64,000 nucleotides of DNA from Dehalococcoidia bacterium. Lineage in GTDB: Bacteria > Chloroflexota > Dehalococcoidia > UBA2979. This document shows, piece by piece, positions 1 through 8,103 of this stretch. A program made the position numbers and the translations under genes. Each line of letters begins with the position of its first letter. Position 1 is the stretch's first letter. The notes beneath the pieces are model-generated. The model was not told where the DNA came from. It did not search any database and saw only the letters and a list, made by a program, of their open reading frames with translations. The DNA is taken from the NCBI GenBank assembly GCA_009379925.1, contig WHSU01000006.1, forward strand, positions 32,077 through 96,076, given 5' to 3'.

Positions 1-531
1 GCCCGACACGGCGATCTCGGTCAGGTCGCGGCTATAGCGTTCCAGCGACTGGTAACGGGACTCCGCCGTGGGAGAGTCCACCCGCTGCGAACCTCGGATG
101 TCCCGGAGCACGCGGTAGATGCGCTCCTTCGTGATCTGGAACTCGCCCATGATCCGCGCGGCCTCGCCCTCGCGGGCGTCCGCGATGGCGATCAGCAGGT
201 GCTCCACGCCGACGTACTCATCCTTCAGCCGTTCCGCCTCCGCGTTCGCGGCCTCCAGCATCCGCACGATCCGAGGCGTCGTGTAGATCTGGACCACGTC
301 GTACTGGAGCTTGGCCGACTGCTCCAGGTGCTGCCGGATGGCACGCGCCAGCGCGTCCACATCGACGCCCATGCGCGCGAGCACCTCGCGCGCGAGCCCG
401 TCGCGCAACTGCACGAGGGCAAAGAAGACGTGCTCCACGTCCCACTGGGCGTGGCGCGCCTCCCGCACCATCTGCTGCGAGGCCTGTAGCACCTGCTGCG
501 CCTGCTCGGTGAATCGGTCCTGTCTCATCAT
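1..531 (-). CDS. clpB: ATP-dependent chaperone ClpB, N-terminal part (gene runs off the window start)
   Basis: Not in the ORF track because it is open at the window edge. My minus-strand translation from ATG 531 gives MMRQDRFTEQAQQVLQASQQMVREARHAQWDVEHVFFALV...ESRYQSLERYSRDLTE, a Clp_N repeat region. It lies directly downstream of hspR. Confidence 0.85.
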   Translation of the reverse strand, partial: MMRQDRFTEQAQQVLQASQQMVREARHAQWDVEHVFFALVQLRDGLAREVLARMGVDVDALARAIRQHLEQSAKLQYDVVQIYTTPRIVRMLEAANAEAERLKDEYVGVEHLLIAIADAREGEAARIMGEFQITKERIYRVLRDIRGSQRVDSPTAESRYQSLERYSRDLTEIAVSG

Positions 532-613
532 GGTTTGCGTACCCCGCCTTCGCGGTTGTCCTCTGTTTCGTCGACGGCCGCCGGCCGCCGCGGTCTGCAT
601 GCTGTGGCGCGCG

Positions 614-973
614 TTACCGCGTCCGGCCCCGTTGCATGCGCTCGAGTTCCGCGCGGGTCTGCTCCAGTTCCTGACGCAGTTCCTCGATCTGCCGGCTCAT
701 GCGCAGGATCACGTCCACGCCGGCCAGGTTCACGCCCAGGTCGTTGACCAGCCGCACCACCTGCCGCAGCCGTTCGACGTCCTGCTGCGAGAAGAGCCGC
801 GTGTTCCCGTCCGACCGCGCCGGCTTCACCAGTCCGATGCGCTCGTAGGAGCGGATCGTCTGCTGGTGGAGGCCGACCATCCGCGAGACGATCGAGATCT
901 GGAAGACCGGTTCGTCCTGCGCGATGCCGGTCAGCCGCTCGAACGCCTCGTACGGGCCGCCTGGTTGCGTCAT
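614..973 (-). CDS. hspR: MerR-family heat-shock repressor HspR
   Basis: 119 aa. The HTH segment FQISIVSRMVGLHQQTIRSYERIGLVKPARSDGNTRLFSQQDVERLRQV is typical of HspR. Its start overlaps the dnaJ stop (ATGA at 970-973). Confidence 0.85.
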   Translation of the reverse strand: MTQPGGPYEAFERLTGIAQDEPVFQISIVSRMVGLHQQTIRSYERIGLVKPARSDGNTRLFSQQDVERLRQVVRLVNDLGVNLAGVDVILRMSRQIEELRQELEQTRAELERMQRGRTR

Positions 974-2031
974 GACGCCACCTCGGCTTCGTCGCCCACG
1001 TCCGAGGCGCGCCGCAGCTCCTCGAACAGCCGGCGTTGCTCATCGGTGAGCCGCTCCGGCAACACCAGCCGCGCACGCGCGAACAGGTCGCCGAAGCCCC
1101 CGCCGCTCCGGGCCATACCCTGGCCTGCCAACCGGAAGACCCGCCCGCCCTGCGTCCCGGCGGGGACCCTCAGCGCCAGCGACTTGCCCTTGAGCGTCGG
1201 CACGCGCACCTCACCGCCCAGCGCCGCGTCGGCCACCGGGACGTCGACGTCCACGTGCAGGTCGTCCCCCTTGCGCTCGAAGGTGCGGTGCGGCGCCACC
1301 TCCACGCGCAGGAAGAGGTCGCCGGCCACGCCGCCGTTCACGCCGGAGCCGCCCTTGCCAGCCACGCGGATACGGTTGCCGTCCGCGACACCGGCCGGGA
1401 TGTTCACCTCCAGGCGCCGCACGGGCGCTGCCACGCCGCTGCCGCGACAAGCGTGGCAGGTGGCGCCGGCCAGCTGGCCCGCGCCGCCACAGATACGGCA
1501 CTCCTCCTCGCCCTCGCGCAGCTCGAGGGTGCGTGAGGTGCCGCGATAGGCCTCCTCCAGCGTCACGCGCACCGTGTGCTCCACGTCGCGCCCGCGCTGG
1601 CGGCCGGCGGCGCGGCGGAACAGCGAGTCGAAGACGCCACCGCTACCACCGCCGGTCGAGGCGCGCCCGCGGTCACCCCCGAAGAGGTTGCCGAGGTCAC
1701 CCAGGTCCTCCGCGTTGAACGAGAAGGAATACCCCTCGGCCCCACCGGGTCCGCGCGCGCCTCGACCGGCCGCGCCCTGGCGGCGCCGCATCTCCTCGAT
1801 CTGGTCGGCGTGCTGCCACTGGTCGCCGTACTGGTCGTACTTCTTGCGGGTCTCCGCGTCCGCGAGGACCTCGTTGGCGCGGTTGATCTCCTTGAACCTG
1901 GCCTCGGCCTCCGGGTCGCCTGGGTTCACGTCCGGGTGGAACTTGCGCGCGAGCGCCCGGTACGCCTGCCGGATCTCCTTCTGGGAGGCCGACCGCGTCA
2001 CCCCGAGCACCTCGTAGAAGTCCTTTGCCAT
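970..2031 (-). CDS. dnaJ: J-domain co-chaperone (DnaJ/CbpA family) with a shortened zinc-finger region
   Basis: The J-domain reads MAKDFYEVLGV...KFHPDVNPGDPEAEARFKEINRANEVL with the HPD motif. Only two CxxCxGxG repeats are present (CRICGGAG, CHACRGSG) instead of four. A G-rich linker is present. Confidence 0.85.
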   Translation of the reverse strand: MAKDFYEVLGVTRSASQKEIRQAYRALARKFHPDVNPGDPEAEARFKEINRANEVLADAETRKKYDQYGDQWQHADQIEEMRRRQGAAGRGARGPGGAEGYSFSFNAEDLGDLGNLFGGDRGRASTGGGSGGVFDSLFRRAAGRQRGRDVEHTVRVTLEEAYRGTSRTLELREGEEECRICGGAGQLAGATCHACRGSGVAAPVRRLEVNIPAGVADGNRIRVAGKGGSGVNGGVAGDLFLRVEVAPHRTFERKGDDLHVDVDVPVADAALGGEVRVPTLKGKSLALRVPAGTQGGRVFRLAGQGMARSGGGFGDLFARARLVLPERLTDEQRRLFEELRRASDVGDEAEVAS

Positions 2032-2037
2032 GAGAGG

Positions 2038-2043
2038 AGTATA
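2038..2043 (-). promoter_or_regulatory. Candidate -10 box (TATACT) 6 nt upstream of the dnaJ ATG, suggesting a leaderless mRNA
   Basis: The minus strand reads TATACT-cctctc-ATG with no SD. The same TATACT-N6-start arrangement occurs at 6903-6908 before the flavin reductase GTG. Confidence 0.3.
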
Positions 2044-2097
2044 GCAGACCCGGTGTGCCGTCGTATAGACGATATTAGTGATGGTAACTCAGAATTA

Positions 2098-2127
2098 TTG
2101 ACAGCCATATCGAGGACAGTCTACGAT
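2098..2127 (+). promoter_or_regulatory. Candidate sigma-70-type promoter for hsp20 (TTGACA-N18-TACGAT)
   Basis: TTGACA lies at 2098-2103 and TACGAT at 2122-2127, in the divergent dnaJ/hsp20 intergenic region. Confidence 0.35.
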
Positions 2128-2220
2128 CTGAGACAAGACAACGAGGGCGGGCTCCCCGCGGGCCTCCGCTTGGAGCCCCCAAGTACGATCGTGAACACGA
2201 TCGGTTCCAGGAGGAGAGAG

Positions 2221-2664
2221 ATGGCCGATATCGTGCCCCGCGACCCCTTCGACTTGAGGAACTTGCGTCAGACCATGGACCGCCTGTTCGACGACAGCTT
2301 CTTCCGCCTCAGCACCGGCCCCTTCATGGAAGAGGGCACACTGCCCATCGATGTGTCGGAGAAGGACGGCAAGGTCGTCGTCCGCGCCTCGCTGCCCGGC
2401 TTCGCCAGGGACGACATCGACGTCCAGGTGCACGAGGGCGTGCTCTCCATCAAGGCGCAGAAGACCGAGGAGTCCGAGGAGCAGGGCGAGCGCTTCTACC
2501 GCCGCGAACGCCGCGTCGGCGCGGTCAGCCGCCGCATCGCGCTCCCCGGCATCGTGGACGAGGCCGCGGTCGACGCCGAGCTCAAGAACGGGGTCCTCAC
2601 GCTGCAGGTGCCGTTGCCCGAGAAGGCTAAGCCGAAGCAGATCGACATCCGCTCGCAGGACTAG
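2221..2664 (+). CDS. Hsp20/alpha-crystallin family small heat-shock protein
   Basis: 147 aa. The alpha-crystallin domain reads PIDVSEKDGKVVVRASLPGFARDDIDVQVHEGVLSIKAQ...GAVSRRIALPG...AELKNGVLTLQVP. SD AGGAGGAGAG lies upstream. The long 1576-2664 ORF is an artefactual extension. Confidence 0.9.
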   Translation: MADIVPRDPFDLRNLRQTMDRLFDDSFFRLSTGPFMEEGTLPIDVSEKDGKVVVRASLPGFARDDIDVQVHEGVLSIKAQKTEESEEQGERFYRRERRVGAVSRRIALPGIVDEAAVDAELKNGVLTLQVPLPEKAKPKQIDIRSQD

Positions 2665-2688
2665 CGCCTACCCCCTCCGGATGCCGCC

Positions 2689-2715
2689 GAAGCCCCGGAC
2701 CGTGTCCGGGGCTTC
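2689..2715 (+). terminator. Intrinsic terminator-like hairpin after hsp20
   Basis: GAAGCCCCGGAC-cgt-GTCCGGGGCTTC is a perfect 12-bp stem, followed by TTCGTG. Confidence 0.6.
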
Positions 2716-2764
2716 TTCGTGCGCCCCGCCCGGCTACAATCGCCGGCGGATCAGGGAGGTTCGC

Positions 2765-3394
2765 GTGACGCTCGAGGTCGTCGGCGCCGGGTTCGGCCGC
2801 ACCGGCACGCTGTCGCTGAAGCTCGCGCTGCAGCAGCTCGGCTTCTCGCGGTGCTACCACATGTTTGAAGTCGGCACGCACCATCCGGAGCATCGCCCCA
2901 TCTGGTCTGCGGCGCACCGCGGGGAAGCCGTGGACTGGGACGCCCTCTTCGAGGGGTACCGCGCCGCCGTCGACTGGCCGGCCTGCAACCTGTGGGAGGA
3001 GCTGTCGGCCTACTACCCACAGTCGAAGGTGATCCTCACCGTCCGCGACCCGGAGGCGTGGCACCGCAGTGTGATGAAGACGATCTACGCCTCCAGCGCC
3101 GACCGACGCGCCTCGGACGACCCGGAACAAGCGGCACAGGCGCAGTGGGCATTCGAGGTGATCTGGGACCACGTCTTCGACGGCCGCATCGAGGACCGCG
3201 ACCACGCTATCACCATCTTCGAGGCACACGTCCAGCGGGTCATCCAGACGGTGCCGCCGGAGCGTCTGCTGGTCTTCGATGCCGCACAGGGCTGGGGGCC
3301 GCTGTGCGACTTCCTCGGTGTCCCCACGCCGGGGGCGCCCTACCCGCGCACCAACACATCGGAAGAGTGGGCCGCCCGCGCCGGCGGCGAGTGA
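2765..3394 (+). CDS. Sulfotransferase-family protein (Sulfotransfer_4-like)
   Basis: GTG start follows GGGAGG. The N-terminus VVGAGFGRTGTLSLKLALQQLGFSRCYHMFEV and the segment KVILTVRDPEAWHRSV are typical of this P-loop-like sulfotransferase family. Confidence 0.7.
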   Translation: MTLEVVGAGFGRTGTLSLKLALQQLGFSRCYHMFEVGTHHPEHRPIWSAAHRGEAVDWDALFEGYRAAVDWPACNLWEELSAYYPQSKVILTVRDPEAWHRSVMKTIYASSADRRASDDPEQAAQAQWAFEVIWDHVFDGRIEDRDHAITIFEAHVQRVIQTVPPERLLVFDAAQGWGPLCDFLGVPTPGAPYPRTNTSEEWAARAGGE

Positions 3395-3404
3395 CCGCCG
3401 GCGG

Positions 3405-4013
3405 TCAGTTCGTATGCGTCCGGCTGCTGTCCACGTCCAGCCGCTGCACCGTCATCGCGCCGAAGTAGTGGACGTCATGGGCCCCGTGGCGCTGGAAGAC
3501 GGCGGCCACCTGCTCCCGCGGTTCCTCGTCCGGCGCCACCACACCGACCACGACGCCGCCACGCCGCACCGCCGCCTCGTATCCCTGCAGGTCATCGATG
3601 TCCGTGACGATGTGCTCGATCTGCCGCTGGGCGACCTCACGCAGACCGTGCGCCGTGCCCTCTGAGTCGAGTCGCGCCGCGCCCTGACGGTCGGAGTAGA
3701 CGGCCAGCTCCTCGCGGCCGAAGCCGGCACGGCGGAAGTCCTCGATCGCCTCGCCCGCCTCGCGCGTCGAGTCGAAGACGCCCAGGACCTGGTCCTCGGG
3801 ATAACCGGTGAACGGCTCGTCCTGCCGCTGGACCGAGGTCCACGCTCCGAGCCCCGTCCGCGCCCAGAGCAAGATCGCCGCGGCGATCGCGGTGATGATG
3901 ACCGGGACGGCGAACGAATAGCCGGCCCAGAACCCCCAACCGACCCACGAGACGACCACCAGGGCCACCGCGACGCCGGTCACCAGCCAGAACGTTCCTT
4001 CGGAGATCCTCAT
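3405..4013 (-). CDS. Membrane protein, function unknown
   Basis: ATG 4013 is preceded by GGGAGG with a 7-nt spacer. Two N-terminal TM helices (FWLVTGVAVALVVVSWVGW, AVPVIITAIAAAILLWA) are followed by a soluble C-terminal domain. High third-position GC. Confidence 0.6.
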   Translation of the reverse strand: MRISEGTFWLVTGVAVALVVVSWVGWGFWAGYSFAVPVIITAIAAAILLWARTGLGAWTSVQRQDEPFTGYPEDQVLGVFDSTREAGEAIEDFRRAGFGREELAVYSDRQGAARLDSEGTAHGLREVAQRQIEHIVTDIDDLQGYEAAVRRGGVVVGVVAPDEEPREQVAAVFQRHGAHDVHYFGAMTVQRLDVDSSRTHTN

Positions 4014-4143
4014 GGCATGGCCTCCCACCCGTGGCCTCGATCGTAGCCAGGGCGGATTGCGGCCCCATGTCCGCCCCCGCCGGGTGGTGACGAAGTCCTC
4101 GCAGTCTCGAGCCGCGGGGAAGGTCGAGCGCGGTGTGACGGCG

Positions 4144-4926
4144 CTAGCGGGGGATGGACCGCCGTCGAGGTGCGCTGCCGCGGCCCAAGCGCTCCCGGCC
4201 GCGCTCCAGGCGGGACATCAACGCCAGCGCCTTGCGAGTATCGGAGGCGACGCGCGCCGGCTCGCCGGTGCGCAGCCGGTACTTGGAGCACCAATACGTG
4301 AACTGCTGCATCTCGGACTGGCTCACCAGGCTCCCGAGGCCCGCCTCGGTTTCAGCGCGGTAGAAGACCAGCAACTCATCGAACGTCTTGCCGTAGACGT
4401 GCTCGTAGGCCGCCACCTCCGGCACCGCCATCCCGACCGCGGCGATACGCCCCGCCTTCTGCAGCTCCGTCTCCACCGCCAGCAGCAGCAGTTCCTCGAT
4501 GACGACGCCGTACTGGAAATTGAGGTGCGCCCGGTGCTTCTGCGGTCCGATGGCTTCCTCGAACTCCTCTTCGCTACGGCCATCGGGTGGCAGCCCGTGC
4601 AGCAGCAACTGTTCCGCCTCGTCGCCGGGGATCTGGTCGCGAGCGGAGTCGACGAGCCGCTGCGCCAGCCGCAGCCAGTCGAAGGCTTCCCCGGCGATCA
4701 GGTAGCGGTATGGGACACCGTCCACCACCTCATCCGGGGCGACCCAGCGCGCGACGACCTCCAGCAGCGAGGCATACCACGGTTGCGACGCCTCCAGCGC
4801 CTGCCGGAACGCTACAACGCCCTGCTCCGGCGTCAGCGGCCCCTCCGCGGGCACGTCGATGCGGGCGACCTCCTCGCGGAGGCCGTCCATCACCCCGGCA
4901 ATGTGCCCACTCGTCGTCGAAGACAT
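4144..4926 (-). CDS. Hypothetical protein (261 aa)
   Basis: The internal ATG at 4926 (MSSTTSGHIAGVMDGLREEV...) marks where the sequence becomes protein-like. The upstream part of the 340-aa ORF is Arg/Ser-rich junk. I recognise no family. Confidence 0.5.
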   Translation of the reverse strand: MSSTTSGHIAGVMDGLREEVARIDVPAEGPLTPEQGVVAFRQALEASQPWYASLLEVVARWVAPDEVVDGVPYRYLIAGEAFDWLRLAQRLVDSARDQIPGDEAEQLLLHGLPPDGRSEEEFEEAIGPQKHRAHLNFQYGVVIEELLLLAVETELQKAGRIAAVGMAVPEVAAYEHVYGKTFDELLVFYRAETEAGLGSLVSQSEMQQFTYWCSKYRLRTGEPARVASDTRKALALMSRLERGRERLGRGSAPRRRSIPR

Positions 4927-5168
4927 ACCCCGACATTGTACGGGCGCGGAGCGCACCCGCGACCACCCTCTGGAGCGGGAGCGTCCGCCGCGGCCCGGCT
5001 TCGAGTGCGGCGATGACCCTTCCTGCACTGTCACGGCGAATAACGCGGCAGCCACCTGGCTGACACGCCTTAGGTATGGCGGCCCCAATACTCTCCCGAC
5101 ACTTCGCGCGGCAAATAGCGGCACCTGCCGCGCCGCCGTGCATGTGTGCCCCCGAAGGGACCCCAAAG

Positions 5169-5393
5169 ATGGCAGACGAGAACCGCGACAAGGTCGAAGG
5201 CAAGGCCAAGGAGGCCATGGGCCAGGCCAAGCAGAAGGCCGGCGAGTTCGGCGACAACGAAGAGTTGCAGCGCGAGGGCGCTGAGCAGGAAGCCGAGGGC
5301 AAGGGCCAGGGGCTCATGGGCAAGGCCAAGGACGCGGCCGACGACATCAAGGACAAGGCCGAAGAGGCCGGCCGGCGCGTCACCGACCGCTAG
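5169..5393 (+). CDS. CsbD-family stress-response protein
   Basis: 74 aa, MADENRDKVEGKAKEAMGQAKQKAGEFGDNEELQREGAEQEAEGKGQGLMGKAKDAADDIKDKAEE, showing the typical CsbD K/E/G-rich repeat. Confidence 0.8.
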   Translation: MADENRDKVEGKAKEAMGQAKQKAGEFGDNEELQREGAEQEAEGKGQGLMGKAKDAADDIKDKAEEAGRRVTDR

Positions 5394-5424
5394 CCTGTCC
5401 TGACCCGCGGCGACAGCAACAGCG

Positions 5425-5452
5425 AGAAGGGAGCCCCGGCGGGCTCCCTTCT
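5425..5452 (+). terminator. Intrinsic terminator-like hairpin after the csbD-like gene
   Basis: AGAAGGGAGCCC-cggc-GGGCTCCCTTCT is a perfect 12-bp stem, followed by TCGTG. Confidence 0.6.
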
Positions 5453-5532
5453 TCGTGCCCACCCGCCCTCCTACCTCGACGTTGCACAGTAGACTGAGGA
5501 GGCCGGCCACGCTTGTGATACGGAGGCCGCCG

Positions 5533-6063
5533 ATGCAGGCAGCGAGCCGGGACACATCGATCGTTGGCCGAATGGTGCGAGCGGCACGCCTCGAAGACGG
5601 CGTGTACGAGGAGGTCGAGCGCGACCGCGGCGCGACGATGCAGGCGGCGTTGATCGTCATCGGCACCAGCATCCTCGCCGGCATCGGCAGTGGGATCGCA
5701 CTGGGACCGGGCCGGCTCTTCGCCGTGATCCTCGCCGGGCTGATCGGGTGGGTGTTCTACGCCTGGATCACGTACATGGTGGGCGTCCATGTGCTTGCCG
5801 GGCCGGATACGCGTGCGGACTGGGGCGAATTGGCCCGAGGCCTCGGCTTCGCGGTGACGCCTCGGGTCTTGCTCGTGCTCGGCGTGGTCCCGGCGATGGC
5901 GGGGTTCATCGGGCTGGTCGTCTTCGTCTGGGTGCTGGTGACTACGGTGGTCGCGCTGCGCGCCGCACTGGACTTCACCACCGCCCGGGCGATCGGCACG
6001 GCGGTTCTCGGCTGGCTGGCGCAGGCCGCGATCTTCGCGTTCGCCTACACGCTGGGCGCCTGA
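5533..6063 (+). CDS. Yip1-domain membrane protein
   Basis: The N-terminus MVRAARLEDGVYEEVERDRGATMQAALIVIGTSILAGIG is followed by 4-5 TM helices, typical of the Yip1/YIF1 family. The start is uncertain (5533 or 5572). Confidence 0.65.
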   Translation: MQAASRDTSIVGRMVRAARLEDGVYEEVERDRGATMQAALIVIGTSILAGIGSGIALGPGRLFAVILAGLIGWVFYAWITYMVGVHVLAGPDTRADWGELARGLGFAVTPRVLLVLGVVPAMAGFIGLVVFVWVLVTTVVALRAALDFTTARAIGTAVLGWLAQAAIFAFAYTLGA

Positions 6064-6065
6064 GG

Positions 6066-6896
6066 CTACTCGCGCTCGTCCGGGGGGGCCTCGCCCAGCA
6101 CGACGCCCTTCGAGAGGTCGATCGCCTCCTGATCCTCGATGTCGAAGCCGACCTCGAGTTCCGAGACGTCCACGACGTTGCCGCGCTCGACCTCGCGCTC
6201 GAGCTGGCCCAGGCGCTCCTCGCGCCGCTCGCGGGCCTCGCGCGTCAGCTCCAGCTCCTCCGCCATGCGCTCGCGCAGGATGCGCTCCGGCGCCTCGAAG
6301 TCACGCGGCATCCGCGCCTCCAGCAGCCGGTGCAGCGTGGAGTAGGCGTTCCCGCCCAGGTAGTGCAGCGCCCGCGACTCCTCCTCGCCGTCCAGCACCC
6401 ACCGCTCATCGAACGACCGAGGGTCCACGTGCACCGCGACAACGAGGCCTACGAAGAGGATGTGGTCGCCCAGCGGCATCACCTCCTGCACCTCGCACTC
6501 GATCCAGGCCGCGCAGCCCGCGATCAGTGGCGCCGTGACGTGCGTCGGGGTGTAGGTCTCGAGCTGGGTCGCATCGAACTTGTCGATCTCGTCGCCGCGC
6601 AGCCCGCCCAGGTACTGCACGTGGTGGATGAGCGGCCGCGTGGGGAAGTTGAGGACGAACTCCGCGGAGTGGCTGACCATCTCCGCGGTGTAGCGCGACT
6701 GCTCGATGGAGATGCCGATGAGGGGCGGCTGCGAGGACAGCGGCATGTACCACCCCAGGGGCATGACGTTGTGTTTGCCGCGCCAGGAGGCGGTGACCAG
6801 CGTCACGGGGCCGCCCATGAGCACCCGCGACGCCATGGTCACCGGGCGCCGCTCGATGCCCTCCGGGGCAGGCCGCAGCAGGGGGTCGTCGTTCAC
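6066..6896 (-). CDS. Flavin reductase-like (FMN-binding split-barrel) protein with a charged C-terminal tail
   Basis: The core reads GPVTLVTASWRGKHNVMPLGW...SAEFVLNFP...DKFDATQLE...IAGCAAWIECEV. About 90 aa of Glu/Arg-rich tail follow. The GTG 6896 start is preceded by TATACT-N6; the alternative start is ATG 6836. Confidence 0.7.
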   Translation of the reverse strand: MNDDPLLRPAPEGIERRPVTMASRVLMGGPVTLVTASWRGKHNVMPLGWYMPLSSQPPLIGISIEQSRYTAEMVSHSAEFVLNFPTRPLIHHVQYLGGLRGDEIDKFDATQLETYTPTHVTAPLIAGCAAWIECEVQEVMPLGDHILFVGLVVAVHVDPRSFDERWVLDGEEESRALHYLGGNAYSTLHRLLEARMPRDFEAPERILRERMAEELELTREARERREERLGQLEREVERGNVVDVSELEVGFDIEDQEAIDLSKGVVLGEAPPDERE

Positions 6897-6974
6897 GGGT
6901 CGAGTATAGGGACGGGTGGATCTAGACGCGCCGTGCCGGGCGCAGGGCCGCACGGGTGGCGATGCCAACGGTGG

Positions 6975-7217
6975 CTACTCGCCCAGGGTCTCCTTGATGC
7001 GCAAGCCCGCGGTGTCCCTGATCTTCTCGGCCTCGGCCGTGCTGAACTCGGTGCCACAGCTGTTGCACTTGAAGGAGCTGACGAGGTCGTCCTTGCCCAT
7101 GTCAGCGGCATTGTCCCAGCGTGGCGCCAGGTCGCCGTGCAAGCATTCGGCCGGTTCCTGCGGTTCGGCAGTCGTGGCCGGCGAGCGGCGGCCGAACAGG
7201 CGATCCAACAGCCCCAT
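6975..7217 (-). CDS. Small Cys/His protein, paralogue 1 of 3 (80 aa), unknown family
   Basis: The internal ATG at 7217 is preceded by AAGGAGGGGA. Sequence: MGLLDRLFGRRSPATTAEPQEPAECLHGDLAPRWDNAADMGKDDLVSSFKCNSCGTEF... It aligns with the genes at 7411-7662 and 7885-8103. Confidence 0.7.
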   Translation of the reverse strand: MGLLDRLFGRRSPATTAEPQEPAECLHGDLAPRWDNAADMGKDDLVSSFKCNSCGTEFSTAEAEKIRDTAGLRIKETLGE

Positions 7218-7353
7218 GGTTCCCCTCCTTTCGCGGCTCCCCTCGAAGCGGGGCGCCATCGGCGCCACCGTAACACAAACGTCGAGGCCGGTCGGTACAG
7301 TAGCTGGGGCCCCGTAGCCGTCGGACATCGCGCGTCGCGCACGCCTCGGCACA

Positions 7354-7387
7354 CGAAAACGCCCCACGCGGTGACCGAGTGGGGCGT
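7354..7387 (-). terminator. Intrinsic terminator after paralogue 2
   Basis: The minus strand reads ACGCCCCAC-tcggtcaccgc-GTGGGGCGT, a 9-bp stem, followed by TTTTCGTG. Confidence 0.6.
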
Positions 7388-7410
7388 CGACGAGCAGCGG
7401 CTCGTGGCGG

Positions 7411-7662
7411 TCAGCTGCCGGCCATCGTCTCCTTCAGCCGCGCCTCGTTCTCGGCCTGCAAACGCTGGCCTTCCTCCGGCGAGAAGTGCTGATGGCAACC
7501 GCGGCACTCATAGCCCGAGATGCGGTCCATCTTCCCCATGTCAGCCGCGTCGTCCCAACGCTCCGCCAGGTCGGCGTGCAAGCAGCCCGGCGCTTCGGCT
7601 TCGCGACTCACCACCTCAGCGGCATCGTCCTTCCGCCCGAACAGGCGATCCTTGATTCCCAT
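7411..7662 (-). CDS. Small Cys/His protein, paralogue 2 of 3 (83 aa), unknown family
   Basis: ATG 7662 is preceded by GGAGGAGG. Sequence: MGIKDRLFGRKDDAAEVVSREAEAPGCLHADLAERWDDAADMGKMDRISGYECRGCHQHF... Confidence 0.7.
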   Translation of the reverse strand: MGIKDRLFGRKDDAAEVVSREAEAPGCLHADLAERWDDAADMGKMDRISGYECRGCHQHFSPEEGQRLQAENEARLKETMAGS

Positions 7663-7884
7663 CGCAGGGTCCTCCTCCGGCGCTCGTCGTGACGAGCAGC
7701 ACGAGCACTCAAGAGGGACGCTAGCAATCGAGGAGGCCACATTCAGCGCGGCGGCGAGCCGGACCGGCGTTCGTGACGGAGATGTAATGGTCGCACTGCT
7801 GGTCTGTTACCGAATGTGCACAGCACCCGAGCGCGGTCGAGTCTCCGAGGCACGACAGAGGAAGGGGAGGCGGGGGCGCGCCGG

Positions 7885-8103
7885 TCAGGCGTCGCGGATC
7901 AGGCGGCGGTTGCGCACCTCGTACGGGAGGAACTCGCGGCCGCAATCGTGGCAGACGAAGCCCATGGCTTTCGAGTCGTCGTCCATGACCTCCGGGCCGC
8001 GCCAGCGGGGCATCAGTTCCTTACCGATGCAGCAATCGATGGGCTGCGGCGGTGTGCCCCCGTAGGTTTCGTCGCGGGGCAGGAGATTGGACAGGAACGA
8101 CAT
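7885..8103 (-). CDS. Small Cys-rich protein, divergent paralogue 3 of 3 (72 aa)
   Basis: ATG 8103 is preceded by GGAGG. Sequence: ...PIDCCIGKELMPRWRGPEVMDDDSKAMGFVCHDCGREF..., with the same Cx(H/C)...RW...CxxC...F layout. Confidence 0.6.
   Translation of the reverse strand: MSFLSNLLPRDETYGGTPPQPIDCCIGKELMPRWRGPEVMDDDSKAMGFVCHDCGREFLPYEVRNRRLIRDA

Noticed and set aside
2032-2220. A canonical HspR operator (HAIR, CTTGAGT-N7-ACTCAAG) or CIRCE element in the dnaJ/hsp20 control region.
   Set aside because: I found no match better than TTAGTG-N6-ACTCAG, so I cannot call an operator. A lone CTTGAGT half-site on the minus strand near 7705 has no partner either.
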